Shown here one piece after another: positions 53,338-64,000 of a DNA stretch of 64,000 nt (the first letter of the stretch is position 1; every line of letters starts with the position of its first letter). A program made the position numbers and the translations under genes. The notes under the pieces were generated by a model. That model was not told where the DNA came from. It did no database searches and saw nothing but the letters and a program-made list of their open reading frames with translations. This DNA is from Mobula hypostoma (Eukaryota): positions 118,112,001-118,176,000 of the forward strand of contig NC_086097.1 in NCBI RefSeq assembly GCF_963921235.1, written 5' to 3'.

Positions 53338-53683
53338 TGTTAGCACGTAGAATCCCAAATAAGTATATTGTGGATTTGACTTGCACTCCTAAAGGCTGTG
53401 AGTACCAACCCAGACATGTTGGCGTCAGGAGGAAAGGATGAAGTCAGAAGGTGTGATGTTTTGTACATAGCTTCAAAAGGAAGCATTGTCTATAACTTTG
53501 TAAGTAGCGATTGCCTTTTGTGTTTAGCATATAAATATCGAGACACATTGGGCTACCAGACCTTTCTACCGAAAGTGTCTCCGTCCGTATGATGCCTGCT
53601 GTACCTTGTTGTGTTGAATAAAGGAGCTGCTTTGTATCTACCAGTGACTCTGTCTGTCTGGTGATTTCATCCACGCTACAACA
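53338..53683 (+). mobile_element. 5' LTR of endogenous retrovirus (346 bp)
   Basis: TGTT...AACA ends, TATAAA 53530, AATAAA 53617, PBS directly downstream. Confidence 0.85.
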
Positions 53684-53685
53684 TT

Positions 53686-53703
53686 TGGTGTCAGAAGTGG
53701 GAT
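53686..53703 (+). promoter_or_regulatory. Primer-binding site complementary to the tRNA-Leu 3' end
   Basis: TGGTGTCAGAAGTGGGAT, complement of ...ATCCCACTTCTGACACCA. Confidence 0.88.
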
Positions 53704-54051
53704 ACCATCACGACCCGTCGTATGGCCAGCGTTCCTAGCAGTCTAAGTTGGTGGGTATTTTTCTAAAATAACACTCACATTTGGATCTGTTCGGTAAGTG
53801 GTACACGGGAACACAAGGTATCATGAACACAGAGAGCTGAACTGGTGGTTATAAAAGTAGTGTGTACATGTGCATGTGTGTTTATGTAAGTGAGGAAACT
53901 TTACGTGTTAACTTAGTGAGACTTGGACCACAGTTGCGAAGGTGGTAACCGACGGTACGATTCGAGATGCCAGAGTAGAGGCATGTATACTCGTTTTTGC
54001 ATTTTAGTGTATGCGTTTACAAGTGTGATGCAAAGGAATATAGCAGGCATC

Positions 54052-55135
54052 ATGAGTTCGGGTACTCAAAAGTGGCAGATTGTGGAATATATACTCTGCG
54101 GTTTTAACTATGTGCTGTTTAACTGGTACCTGTCTTTTATATTTTGTGTAGTGTGGGAATTAGTGTGGAGATATCTCAGCAAGAGGTTTTACCCAGATAG
54201 ATCTACCAGAATGGCACCTATTGAGGTCAGGCAATGTCAGGTTAAGAATCCTGATGATCCAAGCCAGCCCTTGACCTTGATTACGACTATTCATAAGCCC
54301 TTCACCTCCGGGGAGAAACAGAGCATCTTATCTGAGTTGCCCTCACATAAAGTCGTCCTGTGGGAATTCAGAATTCTGGCGTAAGCTTGAGGAAATGGTT
54401 GAAATCCACCAGATGTGCCCTAAAGATATACACGCGTTAGTGAAAGCAAAGTGCCCGAGGAATATGTGGGACAGGATGGCCCAGGGGGTGCGAGATGGTA
54501 CATGCGCAACTACCGGGAGCACCAGTAATGAAGAAAGATATCGTTCCTTTAAAGGGGAAGTGAGGCAGCGGCTGGGGGGAGGTGAGAGTAGCTGGGGAAC
54601 GATAATGGCAGTGACCCAGAGGGCTGATGAGACAGCCATGGATTATGCAGAATGTAAATACCGAGCATATGAAGAGTATTCAGGGTTGGATAATCCAGGG
54701 AAGGACGACCCAGTCTTCCTAAAAATGCTGAAGGAAGGCCTGAGCTCAGCCTGCCAGGAAGTTTTAGATTTAGGTATAACGTAGGGTCCAACTACTCTGC
54801 AATGGTTTCATGGGCCAGTGAGATAGACCAAAGAAAAGGTAAGAGGAAATAGTAAAGTGGGTAGACTGGATGCAGCTGCTGTGATGTCCAGGAGAGTTTG
54901 TTTTACATGCTAGCAGCCAGGGCACCCAGCAAAGGACTGCCGGACCAGGTATAAGACAGTGAAGGAGTTGATACGCTACAGCTGTGGCCTATCGTGTTCA
55001 AAAGGGAGGGGGAAAACCCAGGCGAAGGAGACGGCAGACACCCAGTCACTCACCCCATCAGCACCCAGTCTGTCCAATCTGACTGCTGATCAGATCATAG
55101 AACTAGTACAGAGGGCTTCTAAGTCAGGAAATTAG
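54052..55135 (+). pseudogene. gag: ERV gag (frameshifted): hydrophobic N-terminus, capsid-like region, CCHC knuckle, PSAP motif
   Basis: HKPFTSGEKQSILSELP; VTQRADETAMDYA; CFTC*QPGHPAKDC; second knuckle partly deleted; PSAP at 55055-55066; TAG at 55133-55135. Confidence 0.8.
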
Positions 55136-56585
55136 CTGGCGGCGGCCCCCACTGCCAGCGCTGGTGACCCGAGGATGTATACAACGGCACTGTTAGGGGG
55201 ATGGCAATGCAATATGTTAGTGGACACAGGGGCATCGGTATCAATAACTGACCTATCCTTACCAACAACCAGACAGGCTATTTATATTATGGGAGTAAAG
55301 GAAAAACGGTAAAAGCAGAAAGAAGCAAGTCGCAAGTACTGGAAATTGGGGGAGTGCAGCTTCCAGTGTATTTCTGGGGTATGTCCAAATAGTGAGGGCA
55401 CGATCCTTGGAATAGACATCCTAAGGTAAGCAGGAGCTGTTATATAATCAGGAAAAGGAGAAGTAATATGGACAAGTCAGGGGCAGCGAACACGCACAAC
55501 CAACAGATTACACAGCATGGCTGGCATAGGCAGAGCTGCCCCGATCATTAGAGACTGGAGCCAGGCTGGTGTCTATGGGTTACCTTGTCTGCAGTTCCCA
55601 GCTGTGTGGGCTAGGCACAAGCAAGATTGTGGGCAGGTAAAGAGAGACCCAGTTAAAATAGATGGGGACCTGCATAAACCCTGTAAGCAGTATCCTATAA
55701 AACCTGATGCACTGACAGCTGTTCAGGGTATAGCGAAGGAACTAAAACACCAGGGGATACTCAGAGAGACTGCAGCCACTACTAACTGACCTATATGGCC
55801 AGTAAAGAAACCCGATGTGTCATATCGGTTAACAATAGACTATACCGCCCTTAATAAGATCACGCCCAGATTGCATCCCATTGTGGCGAGCCCTGCGACA
55901 ATCCTGAATGGCCTGTTTCCAGAACATAAATTTTGGATATCGCCAATGGGTTTTGGGGGCTCCCCTTAGCACCTGAATCCCAAACCCGATTTGTCTTCAC
56001 CCTGGGTGGGCGACAGTATACGTGGACCAGACTCCCCCAGGGATTCCACAATAGCCCAGCTATTTTTCATAAGGTCATGGCGCAGACTTTGGAAAAGCTC
56101 AATTTAATGCCCTATGGGACGACCATCTTACAATATGTAGGTGATCCATTCATTGCTTCGGAAGATAAAGCAGGCCACTTGGGAGCAATGGCCAGTGTTT
56201 TAGAGGTACTGCAGAATGAAGGGTTTAAAATCAGTCCACACAAGGCTCAGCTGGGCAAACAAACCATACAGTACCTGGGCTACACCATTTCCCAAGGGAG
56301 GAAGGACGTATCAGATGACAGACGCTCGACAATCAGCTCCATGACCCACCCAGTCAACATAAGGGGATGTGAGGAAGTTGATGGGTTTGTTTAACTACTG
56401 CCCAGATTTTATACCGGGGTTCTCAGCACTAGTGGCCCCGATACAGGTCTTGATTAAAGGAGGGAAGCCCCTCTGGAAGAAGTAAAGTGGGGGTCAGAAG
56501 AGGAAAAGGCCTTTACAGAAATCAAGAAAGCTCTGGTTTCTGTAGCCGCGCTAGGGCTACCAGATGCAGCTCGCCCTTTTCACCC
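55136..56585 (+). pseudogene. pol: ERV pro-pol, part 1 (protease and RT), snakehead-retrovirus-like
   Basis: LVDTGAS; WPVKKPD..RLTIDY; LDIANGFWGLPL..YTWTRLPQGFHNSPAIFH; LQYVGD (decayed YVDD); QYLG. Confidence 0.9.
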
Positions 56586-57936
56586 TGTTACATACCTCAA
56601 GGAGATCTGTGATTTTTTTTGTGTGAGAATGATGTAATGGTCTTTTGGAGGTCACCTGATGTAATTTTCCTGCCAATGTGAGGTCACGTGATGACATGTG
56701 CACCACGGGTATATAAGGGAAGACCTCAGCTGACGCAGTTAAAAAAAGGGTAAAGATATTGTGATCGCTGATTGTTTATCTGGATGTTAAATGTACAATG
56801 AAAATTTGTTTTTTATGGAGTGATATTTTAACATTTGTAACACTCCTACTGTACATTAGTTTATAAAGTGCTGAAAGATAAGACTGTATATAATGTGTAT
56901 TGTTACGTACCCCGTAACTGGGTTGCCAAACCAGCAGAAATGGATCACTCAGTTGGAGTCTGGAGTACTAGAACTAAGAAAGTTTTATTAAAGAAACAAG
57001 CAACACATTAATCGAAAGGATAATAAATGCAACAGTTCAGCGATGATAAACGCACATGTGCACAGAATTAAGATAACAGCATCAATCAAGCTCTATCGTT
57101 GTCTAGGGGTAAATGACCAATTTCAAAATGACTCAAAGTTCAGTCCAGTTTGTAGTTCAGTTCGCAGTAATCGTTGCCATGGCGATGGACAACGTGGGGG
57201 AAGAGAGAGATAGAACAGGAACAACTGATCATTCAGAACACGGCTTCACTCACAGACCAGCGAGATGGCTCACAAACAGCTTTTGGGCGGGTCCTTGGTG
57301 ATGTCACCTGAGGTCACCGACTGTGACCCCTCCTCCAGATGCGGTCGATCCTCTGCAGTGAACCCGGCACCCAGGCAAGGGCGGACACACACCGGGTTCC
57401 CGCTGATCGTACCTTTCCACCCTTGTCGTTGTCTGGTACTTCTCACCCACTCGTGAGAGGCGCACCGTTTCCAGGGTCTCGTTACCTCGGGTGGCGTGTG
57501 TCCCTGTCTTAGCGAACCTGTCCCTTTTTATCCCCCTGCTGGGGTATCGCCTGTCCATCACTTCAAACAGTTCAGGGTTCAAAGGTGGGGGGAGCCGCTC
57601 CAGACAGCTCTCTCTCCCACATCCCTTCATTACACATCTCCAGACGCTGCTCCATTGTTCCTTATCTCTCCTTCCCCTGAGGGCAGGTGGCAGACCAACT
57701 GCTGATGCCACTGATGCTAGCCCAGGCCAGCAAACATCTTAATTTTATGTGTATTCTCGTAACACTTCCCCCCTTTAAGGATTTTTACCGGGAGGTAAAA
57801 ATTACAAACATGACTACATTATCTGATACATACACAATATACATCTTTAACAGTTATTTAGCTAATACAGAGAATTTGAAGCTGTCAACACCTTGACAGA
57901 CAGTCATCACATTTTCTGTTCCTTTTACACGTGTTA

Positions 57937-58878
57937 TTAATAATCCCTTAGACCAGGCTCCAACTCAGCAAACTTCATAGTGGCCAAAAACACTGATGAA
58001 TTGCGACCAATGTAACCTCTCATTTGGTTTTGTCCCGGACCACAACAACAAGGGTCGTCCCATTCCGACTCAATTTTCTCTCGCAAGGGCTTAGTAGGAG
58101 GGGGACGGGTATTGACCGCAGAGTTATTGCAAAACTTCCTGCAGTACCCCACCATTTCCAAGAGCCTTCTGAGGGCCCTCTTGTCTGTCGGGGTTGGGAG
58201 GTCAGCGATAGCCTGCACTGTAGCTTGCATCACTGCCAGCTGCCCCTGTGTCACCACAATTCCCAGGTAAGTGACTCTCGTGTGGCCGAATTCATTTTTT
58301 TCAAGGTTCACTATCAAACTGGCTTCAGACAGCCGTGTTAAATTGCCAATACACACCTCTGTGTTCATCAGCCCTTTAGTCACTGAATTACTCGAAAAAT
58401 ATGGGTGTTGTTTACTTGGCTGCCCTATTGTAACCACAATCACCCAATGTCCCAGTTCTTTGCATTTCCTCGGGACAATCAAACACATAGGTGCGAGTCG
58501 TTTAATTACTCCTTCTAAAGATTCGCTTTGTTCGGGGATTAAGGGAGAGACCTTATCAGTAGATCTGGCCAAAACAATAGCCTTCTCCCATCTGACCGAT
58601 CCCATCCTAATCTTTTCAAAATGGTTTTTTCCTCTTATCAAGGGGCCCCTAGCTTCATTGATTTCCACGCTAACACCGACTAGGTTTGTTAGCATATCAA
58701 AAGCCGGTGACCGTCTCAGTTCGCGTCGGTCATGATCAATAACATTTTTCCCCCTGGGCAGCCGGTAACTCTCTTTCATGATTCCACCAACTGTTTCCTC
58801 CAGCACCGCAAAATGTCCACCGGGGGGTACCTCGTGGGCCATGTTAAAAACCTCATCCCCATAACTCTTTTGCACCAC
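57937..58878 (-). pseudogene. Collapsed pol remnant of element B (integrase N-terminal fragment, then RT fragments)
   Basis: AHEVPPGGHF; VCIGNL in place of YxDD; LSEASLIVNLEKNEF..VTYLG..LRRLLEMVGYCRKF. Confidence 0.8.
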
Positions 58879-59142
58879 CCCCCACTCCTCATCTGCGGAA
58901 TACTGTCCTTGATTTCCCTTTCTTCCTTAGCACTTCCTCATCCGCACAATAGCCTACTAGTTCCCTTGTCAAGGCTGTGTCAGAGAGAGCTGTCTCTGCA
59001 AAACCCATCAGCCCCTCGCCTCGCTCCTGCGTCTGCACAAATTCTTTCCTGGCTACTGCTACGTCCGTCCCAGCTCCCTCACTACCTCTTATCTCACTAC
59101 ACCCTGTCTCATACAAGGTTGGCAGAAATGTTTCAGCCAAAT

Positions 59143-60837
59143 TCACCATCGCGGGCGGGCCTCCATGCTGGCAGGCTGACCCGTCAATCTCACGACTGGG
59201 AACACGATTCCTCCGGCGATGTCATTACCGAGCAAGACTTCTACGTCTTTCATCGGTAATTCGGGCCTCACCCCGATCGTGACTAGTCCAGAGACCAGGT
59301 TGCTCTGTAAGTGTATCTGGTGCAAAGGGACTGACTCTGTCCCTTCCCCAACACCTTTGACCTCTACCTCCCCAGTCTGGGTCTCTGAGCTAAACTCTAA
59401 TACACTCTTCAGTATTAGTGACTGACACGCTCCCGTGTCTCTCCAGATCCGCACTGGAACTGGTTTTAACCTCTCCTTCACTGACACCAGTCCGGCCGAG
59501 ATAAACCTCTCGCGCCCTTCCTGAACTTTATCAGACCTCCTCCCCCTTGGGGGTGGGTTTGCCGGCTCAATACAGCCAGTCGGAACCCCCGTCTTTCCTT
59601 TCCTTGGGCCAAAGCACCTGGACGCAAAGTGTCCGACTTTCCCACAATTATAACAGACGACCCCAGGAGACTTCCTACCAGGCTGCTCCCGGTCTACCTT
59701 ATCCTTTTCACTAGTCCCCGGCTTACTTTCTGACTTTTCCGGCGGACTCTCCCCTCCGTCCTGACTACCCTTCTGGTAGCCTTTACTCGGGGCAAACTTC
59801 ATTTTATGCGTCAACGCATACTCATCCGCTAACTTAGCAGTTGCGGCTAACGTGGCTGCCTCTTTCTCATCGAGGTAGGGTCTCATACCCTCAGGGACAC
59901 AACCTTTAAACTGCTCAATCAGAATCAGCTGCAGCAGTCTGTCACAATCCCCCTCTACCCCCTTCGAGGCGCACCAACGCTCACAATATGTTTGCATCTC
60001 GCGAGCAAACTCCAAATACGTGCTGTCCCACCGCTTCCTCGCATTCCGGAACCTCTGCCGGTATGCCTCCGGGACCAACTCATAAATCCTGAGGATGGCC
60101 TCTTTCACCACCTCATACCTCTGGGCATCTTCCGCGGACAAAGCTGAGTAAGCTTTTTGGGCCTTCCCTTTCAGCACACTCTGAAGTAAAACAACCCACT
60201 TATCCCTTGGCCATTCCTGACTTATAGCCACCTTTTCAAAGTGGAGAAAGTACCGATCCACGTCGGTATCGTCAAAAGGGGGAACCAGCCTTACCTCCTG
60301 GGTCGCCCGGAACCCTCCACCTTGGTTCGGCACGAGCCCCTGCTCGGCCCTTATCTTTAACTTCTCCAGCTCAAATTCCCTTTCCCTCTGTTTCTCCTCT
60401 CTCTCCAACTGTCTGTCCCTCTCTCTCTCTTCTCTCTCCAACTGTCTTTCTCTCTCTTGCCTTTCTACCTCTTTCTCTTTCTCCCACCTTTCTAACTCTC
60501 TCTCCTGCCTTTCTAACTGTCTCTCCTGCCTTTCTAACTGCTTCTCTTCGTGTTCTAACTGCCGTACCCGGAACTCGTGCTCGAGTCTCAGTTTTTCAAG
60601 CTGTACCTGTACCGCGTATCCAGCAGGTTTTTCAATAGACACCTCCCCCAGCTCACCTTGGGGAAACACACCTTTAGATACATAGTGCTCTACAATAGCT
60701 CTGTGTATCTCCTCTCTCCTCATTGTCGACTTCACCTTAGCAAGATTCACCCGTTTGGCCACAGCTATCAATTCCGATTTCCTGGCATCCTCTAATGCCT
60801 CCAAGGTCGGCGCCTTTATAAATTCCTCAACCTCCAT
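59143..60837 (-). CDS. gag: Intact Gag-protease ORF of element B (564 aa)
   Basis: E/R-rich coiled coil; capsid FEKVA..WPRDKW..LKGKAQ..YELVPEAYRQRFR; knuckle CYNCGKVGHFASRC; protease RDTGACQSL..LLGND. Confidence 0.9.
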   Translation of the reverse strand: MEVEEFIKAPTLEALEDARKSELIAVAKRVNLAKVKSTMRREEIHRAIVEHYVSKGVFPQGELGEVSIEKPAGYAVQVQLEKLRLEHEFRVRQLEHEEKQLERQERQLERQERELERWEKEKEVERQERERQLEREERERDRQLEREEKQREREFELEKLKIRAEQGLVPNQGGGFRATQEVRLVPPFDDTDVDRYFLHFEKVAISQEWPRDKWVVLLQSVLKGKAQKAYSALSAEDAQRYEVVKEAILRIYELVPEAYRQRFRNARKRWDSTYLEFAREMQTYCERWCASKGVEGDCDRLLQLILIEQFKGCVPEGMRPYLDEKEAATLAATAKLADEYALTHKMKFAPSKGYQKGSQDGGESPPEKSESKPGTSEKDKVDREQPGRKSPGVVCYNCGKVGHFASRCFGPRKGKTGVPTGCIEPANPPPRGRRSDKVQEGRERFISAGLVSVKERLKPVPVRIWRDTGACQSLILKSVLEFSSETQTGEVEVKGVGEGTESVPLHQIHLQSNLVSGLVTIGVRPELPMKDVEVLLGNDIAGGIVFPVVRLTGQPASMEARPRW

Positions 60838-60912
60838 TTCTGCTGTTTGTCTTTTCTTTCTTTCGGGAATTTTAACCCAATCAATTTACTCCGTCCCAAA
60901 TTTAGCGTTCAA

Positions 60913-60932
60913 AATCCCGGACGAGAACCCCA
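60913..60932 (-). promoter_or_regulatory. tRNA-Pro-like primer-binding site of element B
   Basis: TGGGGTTCTCGTCCGGGATT versus canonical TGGGGGCTCGTCCGGGATT. Confidence 0.8.
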
Positions 60933-62779
60933 CTTATGTTACGTACCCCGTAACTGGGTTGCCAAACCAGCAGAAATGGATCACTCAGTTGGAGTCTGGA
61001 GTACTAGAACTAAGAAAGTTTTATTAAAGAAACAAGCAACACATTAATCGAAAGGATAATAAATGCAACAGTTCAGCGATGATAAACGCACATGTGCACA
61101 GAATTAAGATAACAGCATCAATCAAGCTCTATCGTTGTCTAGGGGTAAATGACCAATTTCAAAATGACTCAAAGTTCAGTCCAGTTAGTAGTTCAGTTCG
61201 CAGTAATCGTTGCCATGGCGATGGACAACGTGGGGGAAGAGAGAGATAGAACAGGAACAACTGATCATTCAGAACACTGCTTCACTCACAGACCAGCGGG
61301 ATGGCTCACCAACAGCATTTGGGCGGGTCCTTGGTGATGTCACCTGAGGTCACCAACTGTGACCCCTCCTCCAGATGCGGTCGATCCTCTGCAGTGAACC
61401 CGGCACCCAGGCAAGGGCGGACACACACCGGGTTCCCGCTGATCGTACCTTTCCACCCTTGTCGTTGTCTGGTACTTCTCACCCACTCGTGAGAGGCGCA
61501 CCGCTTCCAGGGTCTCGTTACCTCGGGTGGCGTGTGTCCCTGTCTTAGCAAACCTGTCCCTTTTTATCCCCCTGCTGGGGTATCGCCTGTCCATCACTTC
61601 AAACAGTTCAGGGTTCAAAGGGGGGGAGCCGCTCCAGACAGCTCTCTCTCTCCCGTCCCTTCATTACACATCTCCAGACGCTGCTCCATTGTTCCTTATC
61701 TCTCCTTCCCCTGAGGGCAGGTGGCAGACCACTTGCTGATATTACTGATGCTAACCCAGGCCAGCAAACATCTTAATTTTATGTGTATTCTCGTAACAGT
61801 ATGTTGTAAATTTTATACCTTTGTTTTTTTTTGTAATCTGTTAATTGTTAAAATTTTGTTTTTTAAGAGACCAAAATTTTTTGGAGGGAGGTGTTACATA
61901 CCTCAAGGAGATCTGTGATTTTTTTTGTGTGAGAATGATGTAATGGTCTTTTGGAGGTCACTTGATGTAATTTTCCTGCCGATGCGAGGTCACGTGATGA
62001 CATGTTCACCACGGGTGTATAAGGGAAGACCTCAGATGACGCAGTTTAGTTTTTAGTTTTAAGATTTCCAGCTAGAACATACTGTGTCTCCGTTTCTGTT
62101 GTGTATTTGTTTTTATGACGCAGTTTCACTTTTAAAGCGGTTGTAATGTTCTGTTGCAAGGTACAATAGTGCTGGATTGGCAATTTTTGCTAGATGTGTT
62201 GATGTACCTTATTCCAGCAGTAGTACGGGAGAGTGAAGACTTTATCAAAGCACAGGACCTCAAGGATTGAAGGGGAGTTGGTATTGTTTGGCAGTTTAAC
62301 GAAGGATCGACCTTATTGAGTCTTTGTTGAAGGAGTAGCGACCTGCATCAAATATAACTCTTGCCAAAAGAGCAAGATAGCTCATGCAAAGGTTTGCTCT
62401 CTAGAATTTAAGGTCAGTTGTTTTTAACTGTTTATTTCCTGCATCGTGAATCCTTTGTACAGAACCAGCAGGAACGTCACGTCTATGAAGAAATCCTTCT
62501 CCAGAGAAGTCTCTCCCAATTGAACGTATAAATCTGTTGGACTTTCGAATTTACCATTTTAAGAACTATATCTGACTTTAACACTTTAAGAACTGTTTCC
62601 TCATTTAACGCTTTAAGAACCAGTGCCAAGTGATGATTTGTTGAACGGTTGCATTAGCGGTTAACTTCCGGTTACGGTTTTCGTTTGTTTATTTTATCGT
62701 TCATCTGTCTGTAGTAAATGTTTGGTTGTTTTTATATAACCTGTCTCAATTGATATTCATTGTTGCCGGTTACGTAACA

Positions 62780-64000
62780 ACCTATACTGTAGTAACGAAG
62801 GAGGGTACTACAATGCGGTAGTAATGCAGGACCATGGGGACACTAGAAGGCTGGTGGCCTATTACTCTATGAAACAGGACCCCGTTGCAGCAGGACTCCC
62901 CCGCTGTGTTGCAGCTTTGGACTGCACCGTGTGGGCTGTGCGAGTAAGCAAACCAGTTGTGATGATGGGGCAACTGATCCTACACACACCCCGTACCATT
63001 GTAGAGCTCCTGAACACGAGGAGGCTGAGGGTAGTCACCGATAGCCGAAGGGAAGCTTGGGAGGCAGTTCTCATCCCAAACGACAAATCAGTAACTATAG
63101 TTAGAGACACGGAAGATCCTGCGAGCGCCATCCTAACAGAGGGAGAAGCACGTGAGTGCCAAATAGAAATTCTCAAGGAGGAAGATATCGGTGTGAAGGG
63201 AACACCTCTGAAAGGAATAGCAGATGAAATCTTTATAAATGGGTCTAGGAGGTACATAGATGGGAAACCACGAACTGGGTGGGCCGTGGTAAAGGAAACA
63301 CGTGAAGAGTTAGCTTCAGGAGCACTGCCGGGGGGTTGCTCAGCTCAGGTAGCAGAACTGGCCGCTCTGATAGAAGCTCTACGCTGCAGTGAGGGCAGAC
63401 GGGTAAATATATATACCGACAGCCAGTATGCATTCGGGGTGGTGCATGATTACCTAATGGCTTGGGCACGACGAGGATTCACAACTTCAACAGGTGCTAA
63501 TATTCAGCATGGGCACCTAATACAACAGCAGTGAGCCTGCCAGAAGAGGTGGTAGTGATTAAGGTGAGAAGGGTCAGAGCATGAAACAGAAGGGAAGTGA
63601 GTGGGCAGATGTTGCTGCGAAGAAGGCAGCAGAGGAACAAGAGGCAATTGAAATTGCAAGTGTGCAAGAGGAAACGACAGAAGCCAGCTTAGTAAAATTA
63701 TATGAAGAGGTAGAGGCAGAAGAGAAGGAAAAATGGAGGAGGAAAGAAGCAAAGGAGGGACAAGATGGGTGCTGGACACACGAGGAGGAGAGTCGCGGTG
63801 GCCCCACCCTGTATTAGACAGATACTACTAAAGTTATACCATGGGGTGATGCATCAGGAAAGGCAGAGCTTGATCACAACCCTCTGGCAGGACTGGTTGT
63901 CCTGGGATGGGCGGGGATGTTGAGAAATTCTGCCGCCGTTGTATCATTTGTGCCCAGCATAACCCTGGTAAGGGCAGAAAGCTACAGTTGGCAAATCAGC
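62780..64000 (+). pseudogene. pol: ERV pol, part 2 (tether, RNase H, start of integrase; continues beyond the window)
   Basis: LVAYYS..DPVAAGLPRCV; IFINGS; SAQVAELAAL; VNIYTDSQYAFGVVH; integrase HHCC YHGVMH..CRRCIIC. Confidence 0.9.

Larger units (their letters stand above)
56901..61798 (-). mobile_element. Young non-autonomous Gmr1-type Gypsy element B (4898 bp) nested in element A
   Basis: LTRs 56901-57764 and 60937-61798 differ at roughly 2% of sites (counted by eye); perfect TSD GTAT; PPT AAAGGGGGGAAG. Confidence 0.95.
56586..62779 (+). mobile_element. Heavily deleted Gmr1-type Gypsy element A (5' LTR stub 56586-56740, pol tail, complete 3' LTR 61892-62779) inserted in ERV pol
   Basis: LTR start TGTTACATACCTCAAGG twice; pol ends KGKDIVIADCLSGC* (RNase H last); PPT GGAGGGAGG; TSD ACCC/ACCT; ERV frame FHLYCS restored on removal. 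Confidence 0.85.

Noticed and set aside
53686..53703. tRNA gene fragment
   Set aside because: It is only the 18-nt retroviral PBS, not a tRNA gene
57113..57896. Duplicated small ORFs (also 61149-61918)
   Set aside because: Incidental frames in the two LTRs of element B

Overview
Repeat-rich vertebrate genomic DNA, most likely a cartilaginous fish. The CR1, Rex1/Babar, SINE and Tc1-MITE repertoire looks ray/shark-like (inference). There are no prokaryotic features, rRNA/tRNA genes or CRISPR arrays. Most of the window is decayed, often nested transposons. Highlights: (1) a degenerate snakehead-retrovirus-like endogenous retrovirus (5' LTR 53338-53683, tRNA-Leu PBS, gag-TAG-pro-pol running off the window end). 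Its pol is split by a deleted Gmr1-type Gypsy element, which is itself split by a young non-autonomous Gmr1-type element (56901-61798, intact gag-protease). (2) A chain of phase-compatible minus-strand candidate exons of an unidentified host gene (about 19-26 kb, possibly to 52 kb). One of them has a ~210 bp inverted, frameshifted duplicate 1.7 kb upstream in the intron. (3) A Tf1/sushi-type Gypsy element with a self-priming signature, plus a related solo LTR carrying a Harbinger insertion. (4) Chapaev3, hAT, mariner, R4/Dong and RTE remnants. All family calls are by eye from motifs; no database search was run.
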